Source: the human T2T-CHM13v2.0 reference genome, Homo sapiens. Taken from it: a stretch of 64,000 nt of DNA. The notes below the pieces were generated by a model. It ran no database searches and was not told the origin of the DNA. It saw nothing but the letters and a program-made list of their open reading frames with translations. Position numbers and translations under genes: made by a program. The stretch is from the NCBI RefSeq assembly GCF_009914755.1, contig NC_060940.1; one strand, written 5' to 3'. Shown here piece after piece: positions 53,726-64,000 of this stretch. How positions within the stretch are numbered: the stretch's first letter is position 1; each line of letters opens with the position of its first letter.

Positions 53726-55253
53726 TGAGCCACCGCACCCAGCCGAATGAATAAGGTTTGTTAGTTGCACAGCGAATCTACCTGTGAATCTCGTTCAAGC
53801 TCAAGGGCTTGATTGCTTTCTGGGGAAGGTCATGGAGGGAGGGCTGGGTGTGATGTAATGGGAGAAAGGCCTGCTGTGGCCCAGAAAGTGGATGTGCCAC
53901 AGAGTGACAAAGAGTATGGACTTTGTAGGCCAGAGACCATCGCTGGAATGCCAGTTCACCTCTTTGAGCCTCATTTTCTTCATCTGTGAAATGTGCATCC
54001 TGGAAGGGTTGCTGGGAGGATTAACATAAACTAGGCAGGTGAATGAAATCTTAGCACTCTGCCTGGCACCTTATAGACATTTATGAAGTTAAAATTATCA
54101 TCATCATCATCCTTATCATCAAAGTAGCACCAGTTCTGCCACCTAACTCTCTGGATATAGGGAAATAATTTTCCTTCCTCTGGATCTTAGTTTTCTCATC
54201 TGTAAAATGTAGTTCTGGGTCAGGCCCGGTGGCTCACACCTGTAATCCTAGCACTTTCTGAGTACAAGGTGGGTGGATCACTTGAGCCCAGGAGTTCAAG
54301 ACCAGCTCTGGGCAACATGGCAAAACCCTATTTCTACAAAAAATACAAATAATTAGCTAGGTGTGGTAGCGTGTGCTTATAGTTTGAGCTACGCAGGAGG
54401 CTGAGGTGGGAGGATCACCTGAACTTGGTGAGGCTGAGGCTGCAGTGAGCCATGATCACACTGCTGCACTCCACCCTGGGTGACAGAGTGAGACCCCATC
54501 TCAAAAAGTAAAAAATAAAATAAAATGTAGGTCTGGTCTGAATCAGAGGCTTGCAACTGAGATGGGTCAGCATGAGCTTTATAACATGGCATATTTCTGG
54601 AGCCCACATGAGACCTATCGAATTGAAAATCTCAGGTAAGAAACCATTTGGGAACCTGGATTTGGGGAAAGCACTCCATGTTGTTCTGACATAAATTCTT
54701 TGCTGTAATCCTTTGGCAGAATGACTGATCATAACAATTCCTTCCATTTCTATTGTCTTCATGCCTCACTGGCAAATCCTAAAAATAACCTCTTTCATCT
54801 ACAGAGGACTGTGCATGGCATCTGGTGTTTTATACCAAGTGCCAGGTGTATTTTTTCCATGAAAGCATTTGAATGAATAAAAATATGCAACAGAATTGTA
54901 TCTGACCTAAACAGGTGCTCACTAAATAGTTAATTTAAGTCATTTATTCATTGCTTTATCCATCAGTTGCATGTTAACCAAAGTATATAGTCCATATAAA
55001 GGTGGCAAGATAGCCAGGGTACCTGCTCTCAAGGAATTTAAAATTTAGTTAGAGTAAGGAGTTACAAGCAGTAAACAGATGAATAAGATAATTGCAAGTT
55101 AGTGTCATTCCTGTGAATTAAATAAAAGGGATTGGGCTAGGTGCGGTGGCTCATGCCTGTAATCCCAGCGCTTTGAGAGGCCGAGGCGGATGGATGATGA
55201 GGTCAGGAGATCGAGACCAGCCTGGCCAACCTGGTGAAATCCTGTCTCTACTA

Positions 55254-55510
<257 letters not shown>

Positions 55511-55756
55511 TTATAAAGGGGTTATTTGAGCCAAAACCTGAAGGATGGGAAGGAGATCAGCCATAGGGAGGGTCAGAGGAGCACCATCCTTGGGGATGGT
55601 AGTGGGAATTCCCAAGGGTAGAGTCCCAGAGGCAGGAACAGGAATTTGTGTGTTTATAGAAAGGAGAGAAAGCAAGTATAGTTACATGGGAGGAGAGACG
55701 ACAGCAGAGCTGGATCATATAGGATATCTAGGCTGTATTAAGGAGTTTGGATTTTA

Positions 55757-56264
55757 AAAGAAAATGAATCGTTCTACCAAAAAGACATATGCACTCGTAT
55801 ATTCATCACAGTGCTATTCACAATAGCAAAGAAACGGAATCAACCTAGGTGCCCATCAATGGAGGACTGGATAAAGAAAATGTGGTACACATACACCATG
55901 GAATACTACACAGCCATAAAAAAGAATGAAATCATGTCCTTTGCAGCAGCATGGTTGCAGCTAGAGGCCATTATCCAAAGCAAATTAATGCAGGAACAGA
56001 AAACCAAATACCGCATGTTCTCACTTATTAGTGGGAGTTAAACATTGGGTACTCATGGACATAAAGATGGCAACAAAAGAAACTGAGGAATCCTAGAGTG
56101 GAGAGGGAGAGAGGGAGGCAAGGATTGAAGAACTATTGGATACTGTGCTCAGTACCTGGATGATGGAATCATTTCTATCCCAAATCTCAGCATCATGCAA
56201 TATTACCAAGGTTACAAACCTGCACATGTACTCCTGAATCTAAAATAAAAGTTGGGGAAGAAAA
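55757..56264 (+). mobile_element. 5'-truncated old L1 (L1PA15/16-L1PB-like) 3' end
   Basis: ORF2 end (WIKKMWYTYTMEYY...YRMFSLISGS), 3' UTR and aaaataaaa; flanked by tttggatttta (55746-55756, 56265-56275). Confidence 0.88.
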
Positions 56265-56497
56265 TTTGGATTTTATTCTAGCTGTAATTGAAGCGATTAG
56301 ATGGGTAAAAGGAAAGGATCAACAATGAGATACCTTGTTAGCTGCCACATATATTTAGAATGGCCCCAAACTTGACCATGTCACAATGGGCTGAAAATGC
56401 AGCTATGTCTAACTTTTTAAGTTTCAGACACAGCCAATTCAGGGGACTCTCTTTTGCTGCTGTTTCTATAAGAAGGATGATTGTGTTTTGGGGTCAG

Positions 56498-56645
56498 GTC
56501 GGTGGAAGGATTCAAAATCAACCTGATTCGGAGTGAGGAGCACTTTCAGAGTTACTGCAACAAGATATTTGCCGGCTGGGACTTCTGCATCACTAACCGC
56601 AGCATGGCGGATCTGAAGCACAGCAGCTTGCGGTACGAGCTCCGA
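56498..56645 (+). CDS. TMC7: TMC7 exon 7 ([32 protein letters not shown]...YELR)
   Basis: gtcAG acceptor; CGA|GTGAGT donor; 148 nt; TMC-conserved F-x-x-W-D-[FY] motif. Confidence 0.95.
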
Positions 56646-57156
56646 GTGAGTGCTCCTGAGTTTGTCCGTGGTGGGGTCCTCACCAGCAAGGTCCTGCCTT
56701 TGGAGCCTGAGTTTTCAGCTTGCAGAGGATCAAGGGTCGGGGACAGGTTGTCCCTGGTACTTAGCAAGTTACCCCTCTGTAGCTTTCAAGAACGTTTCAC
56801 AGCGAACACGTTACTGGGGTTGATTACCCTAGACCTGAACAGGAGCACTGGTGAACTGGGACTGGGAAGTGGGGTGGGGATGCAGTGGCTGGAAGAAGGT
56901 GATGTCTTTCCCCACACCCTGCTACTTTACACTGTTATTTTTCCACCTGAGGAGGACCTGTCATAAACACTACTTATACCAGGAGAAATGGGAGTGAGGA
57001 GGGAATGTTATGACAATAGTGTGAGATGGAGAGTATATGAAAAAGTACAGACCGGGCGTGGTGGCTTATGCCTGTAATCCCAGCACTTTGGGAGGCTGAG
57101 GCAGGCATATCACAAGGTCAGGAGATCGAGACCATCCTGGCTAACACGGTGAAACC

Positions 57157-57565
57157 CCATCTCTACTAAAAATACAAAAAATTAGCCAGGCATGGTGGCA
57201 CATGCCTGTAGTCCCAGCTACTTGGGAGTCTGAGGCAAGAGAATCGCTTGAACCGGGAGGCAGAGGTTGCAGTGAGCCGAGGTTGCACCACTGCATTCCA
57301 GCCTGGGTGACAGAGCGAGACTCCGTCTCAAAAAAGAAAAAAAAAGTACAAGAGAGTTTCCAACCATCTCTACTAAAAATACAAAAAATTACCTGGGCAT
57401 GGTGGCACATGCCTGTAGTCCCAGCTACTTGGGAGTCTGAGGCAAGAGAATCAATTGAACCAGGAGGCAGAGGTTGCAGTGAGCCTAGATTGTGCCACTG
57501 CATTCCAGCCTGGGTGACAGAGCTAGACTCCATCTCAAAAAAAAAAAGTACATGAGAGTTTCCAA
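57157..57565 (+). repeat. About 205-bp tandem duplication of an Alu right arm plus unique flank
   Basis: Copies 57157-57363 and 57364-57565 share private variants (gggagtctgaggcaagagaatc, tgcattccag) and the non-Alu tail gtaca(a/t)gagagtttccaa. Confidence 0.92.
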
Positions 57566-58693
57566 ATGAATAAGGAGAGAAAGGAGTAAAGAATAGCATG
57601 TTAATAAAAATAAACCCATCAAAGAAAAGGAGGAGGGGACAAATAAATCAAAAGCATAATAAAATGGAAGGAATCAAATCAAATCTATTCTTTCTTACAC
57701 TAAATACGAACTGATTAAATTCTCCTAATAAAAGCAGAGACTACTACATTGTGTAAAAGAAAAAATAACAACACCTCACCTGTATTGTGTTTGAAGAAAT
57801 GACACATACTATATTTAAGTAATATGAATAGTTTATAGTTCTGTTTTCACATTTATTGCAAAGCCCAATTGCAGTCTTAAATAGGAGGTTCTGTCTTTAC
57901 TTAGGTCTTTAGTAGACATAAAAAATAGTTGGGCTAGGCCAGGCGCAGTGGTTCATGCCTGTAATCCAGCACTTTGGGAGGCCGAGGCAGGTCAGGGTCA
58001 GGAGATTGAGACCATCCTGGCCAATATGGTGAAACCCCATCTCTACTAAAATTACAAAAATTAGCTGGGCATGGTGGTGCATGCCTGTAATCCTAGCTTC
58101 TCGGGAGGCTGAGGCAGGAGAATGACTGGAACCAGGGAGTCAGAGGTTGCAGTGAGCCGAGATTGGACCACTGCACTCCAGCCTGGCAACAGAGCGAGAC
58201 TCTGTCTCAAAAAAAAAAAAAAAAAAAGAAAAAAAGTAGTTGGGCTAAGTCTAGGATGGTTTCTTGGGGGAGATGAATATTTAAAAGATGTCTTTTTTTT
58301 TTTTTTCTGAGATAGCATTTTACTCTGTCACCCAGGCTGGAGTACAGTGACGTGATCATACATCACTGCAGACTCGAACTCCCGGGCTCAAGCAATCTTC
58401 CACATCAGCCTCCCGAGTAGCAGCGACTACAGGCACTCATCACCACACCCAGCTAATTCTTCTGGGTTTTCTTGTAGAGATGGGGTCTCACTATGTTGCC
58501 AGGGTTGGTCTTGAACTCCTGGGCTCAAGTGATCCTCCTACCTTGGCCTGCCACGGTGCTAGGGTTACAGGAGTGAGCCACCATGCCTGGCTAGAACTCT
58601 TAAAGATGGATGGGGAGAGAATGATGAATCAATTTCTATCCCTGAGTATCCCTTCATCCCACTGCTCACAAGTGAATTTTCTTTTATCTTCAG

Positions 58694-58867
58694 GCAGATC
58701 TGGAGGAAGAAAGAATGCGGCAGAAAATAGCAGAAAGGACCTCAGAAGAAACAATACGCATTTACTCTTTGAGACTGTTTTTGAACTGTATTGTTCTGGC
58801 TGTTTTAGGGGCATGCTTTTATGCAATATACGTAGCAACTGTCTTCTCGCAAGAGCACATGAAAAAG
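58694..58867 (+). CDS. TMC7: TMC7 exon 8 ([16 protein letters not shown]...[21 protein letters not shown]...HMKK)
   Basis: cttttatcttcAG acceptor; AAG|GTAAAT donor; 174 nt, phase 0-0; contains a transmembrane helix. Confidence 0.95.
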
Positions 58868-59034
58868 GTAAATTAACTTGTACTCTGGCTGGACATTATG
58901 CCTAGTGCACTGAAAATCTGTGAGGTAGATACCATCGTCATTTCTGTTTTACATATGGAGATACAAGTTTGGCTGATATGATCAAGACCTGAAAATCAGA
59001 GGTGATCAGTTTCCACTTTTTTATTTTTTTTTGA

Positions 59035-59193
<159 letters not shown>

Positions 59194-59298
59194 TAGTAGA
59201 GACTGGGTTTCTCCATGTTGATCAGGCTGGTTTTGAACTTCTGACCTCAGGTGATCTGCCCGCCTCCACCTCCCAAAGTGCTGGGATTACAGGTGTGA

Positions 59299-59638
<340 letters not shown>

Positions 59639-59759
59639 TAGAGAAAATTTTAAAAGCATCTAAAGTGTAGTGTTTGAGATCCTTACTGCTCCTGGAATTT
59701 GCAATATTCAAAACTAGGCTGGACTAGGGTTTTATCCCTGACTGTTATTTTTGAACTAA

Positions 59760-60338
<579 letters not shown>

Positions 60339-60542
60339 TAAAAACTTCCACTTATATCCCCTTGGCCAGAATTTAGTCACATGGTAGTACCTAGCTACAA
60401 GGGAGGCTAGGAAATTTACTTTTTATTGCGGATGGCTATATATTGTCCAGGTAGTCTGTTACTGTGAAAGCAGGGAATTGCTATTTCAATTTCAAATCAA
60501 ATCAATTCTACACCCTTGAAGATACTTTAAATTGCCCGTTTA

Positions 60543-61082
<540 letters not shown>

Positions 61083-61107
61083 CTAATAAGTTTTGTTATC
61101 CTCCTAG

Positions 61108-61265
61108 GAAATCGACAAGATGGTTTTTGGAGAGAACCTCTTCATATTGTATCTACCGTCTATTGTGATCACGCTGGCCAATTTTATCACCCCAATGATC
61201 TTTGCCAAGATCATCCGCTATGAGGATTATTCTCCAGGCTTTGAGATCCGTCTGACAATCCTTAG
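61108..61265 (+). CDS. TMC7: TMC7 exon 9 ([32 protein letters not shown]...[15 protein letters not shown])
   Basis: ttatcctcctAG acceptor; AG|GTAATG donor; 158 nt; TMC-type LPxxVxxxxNxxxP and ExY motifs. Cumulative CDS is 1337 nt; the gene continues beyond the window. Confidence 0.95.
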
Positions 61266-61625
61266 GTAATGCCTAACATGAAGATGGCAGGCATGTCAAG
61301 CCAGTCACTACCTGCCCACTCTCTTGCCCATGGCAGACATCGCTAATCAATTGTAGTGCATTTTCCTGCTGAGCCAAGAGTCCTCCTCAACCTTCAGACA
61401 GCCCCCATGAATGAATCAGAATTTGTATATATGGTGAAATGTCTTTGATTTGAAAGTCTACTCCTTGGTATTATATTTTTGCTTCATATAATAGCACAGG
61501 GCACAGGCTGGGACCCTGAGAGGAGGGGTTGCTCTAAAGCTGTCAGAAATGACAGCTATAAGGCAGAGTCCAGGGAGTTAACACAAATGAGTGGAGAGGA
61601 CCAGGTGGGACTGTGCAGGACTTGA

Positions 61626-61877
<252 letters not shown>

Positions 61878-62142
61878 TAAAAAAAATTTTTTTTTTGTAG
61901 AGACAGGGTTTTGTTATGTTTCCCAGGCTGGTCTTGAATTCCTGGGCTTCAGTGACCCTCCCACCTCCAGCTCCCAAATCCTGGGATTACAGGCAAGAGC
62001 CACCATGCCCGGTCTCAAAGTTTTCAAACAGAATGCATAGTGTAATGATCCCCATATGCCTTTCACTTACATTTCAGTCATTCCCAGCATTTTGCTAATC
62101 TCGTTTCCATCCATTCCCTCCTAATTTGCTAGATTATTTTAA

Positions 62143-62506
<364 letters not shown>

Positions 62507-62853
62507 TAAGTGATGGGAGCTTTAAATATATAACCATCATCACACCTAATAAAATTGAGGCGGTCTCCCCAGTGGGGTTGCAGATGGTTTTCCATGTTTG
62601 ATTTGTTCAAAGCCGAATCCAAACAAGGCCCACATGCTGTTTGGTAGTCATGTGTCCTAAATCTCTTTTATTATTTTCAGAGTTTCCCCTCCCCTTTTGT
62701 TAGGCCTTTGATTTGTGGAAGAAACTGGATCATTTTCCTGTAGAATAGCTCCTATTCTGGATTTCGTCCATTGTTTCTTCCTGGTGTGTTTAATTTGTTT
62801 TTCTATGCCCATAGTTGCTATAAATGACTGTGGAGATTCAGAGTTTTTGGTAG

Positions 62854-63770
<917 letters not shown>

Positions 63771-64000
63771 TAGCCAGGATGGTCTCGATCTCCTGACCTC
63801 GTGATCCGCCCACCTCGGCCTCCCAAAGTGCTGGGATTACAGGCGTGAGCCACCGTGCCCGGCTACTTAATTTATTTTTGTATTACAAACCAAACAATGG
63901 AAAATTGTCTTAAAAAAAAAAACAAGAACAAAAACTCACCGTCTCCGCCCACCTCCCTTGAATCCAGTGTGTTTTTGTCTGCACAGTTCCTTATGTTTGT

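Noticed and set aside
56481-56966. 161-aa ORF extending exon 7, and similar extensions of exons 1, 2 and 4
   Set aside because: Read-through into introns; canonical splice sites delimit the TMC-like portion and the extensions have no TMC-like character.
58480-58905. 141-aa + strand ORF over exon 8
   Set aside because: It starts in an Alu and is out of frame with TMC7; the correct frame is fixed by the splice phases.

Overview
Primate genomic DNA, very probably human (a young SVA_E/F-type insertion is present). The window holds the CpG-island promoter and coding exons 1-9 of TMC7 (transmembrane channel-like 7) on the + strand. The exons splice in frame through GT-AG introns to give 445 codons, and the gene continues past the right edge. 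The rest is extremely Alu-rich intronic or upstream sequence with MIR, old L1, MaLR and DNA-transposon fossils. Intron 1 (25 kb) carries the most unusual structure. One antisense Alu was hit twice, about 170 bp apart, by HERV-H-family elements: a solo LTR7-type LTR with a 5-bp TSD, and a 6.8-kb deleted provirus. The provirus has a tRNA-Phe-type rather than His-type primer-binding site, a 5' LTR collapsed to 104 bp by a microhomology deletion, and later L1PA and truncated Alu insertions. Also present are a 5'-truncated SVA, a U6 retropseudogene sharing a triplicated target site with an Alu, and candidate alternative TMC7 first exons or promoters. I found no convincing new protein-coding system or CRISPR-like array. 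Nearly all ORFs in the supplied track are Alu, L1 or ERV translation artefacts. Repeat subfamily names come from recalled consensus sequences and were not checked by a search.
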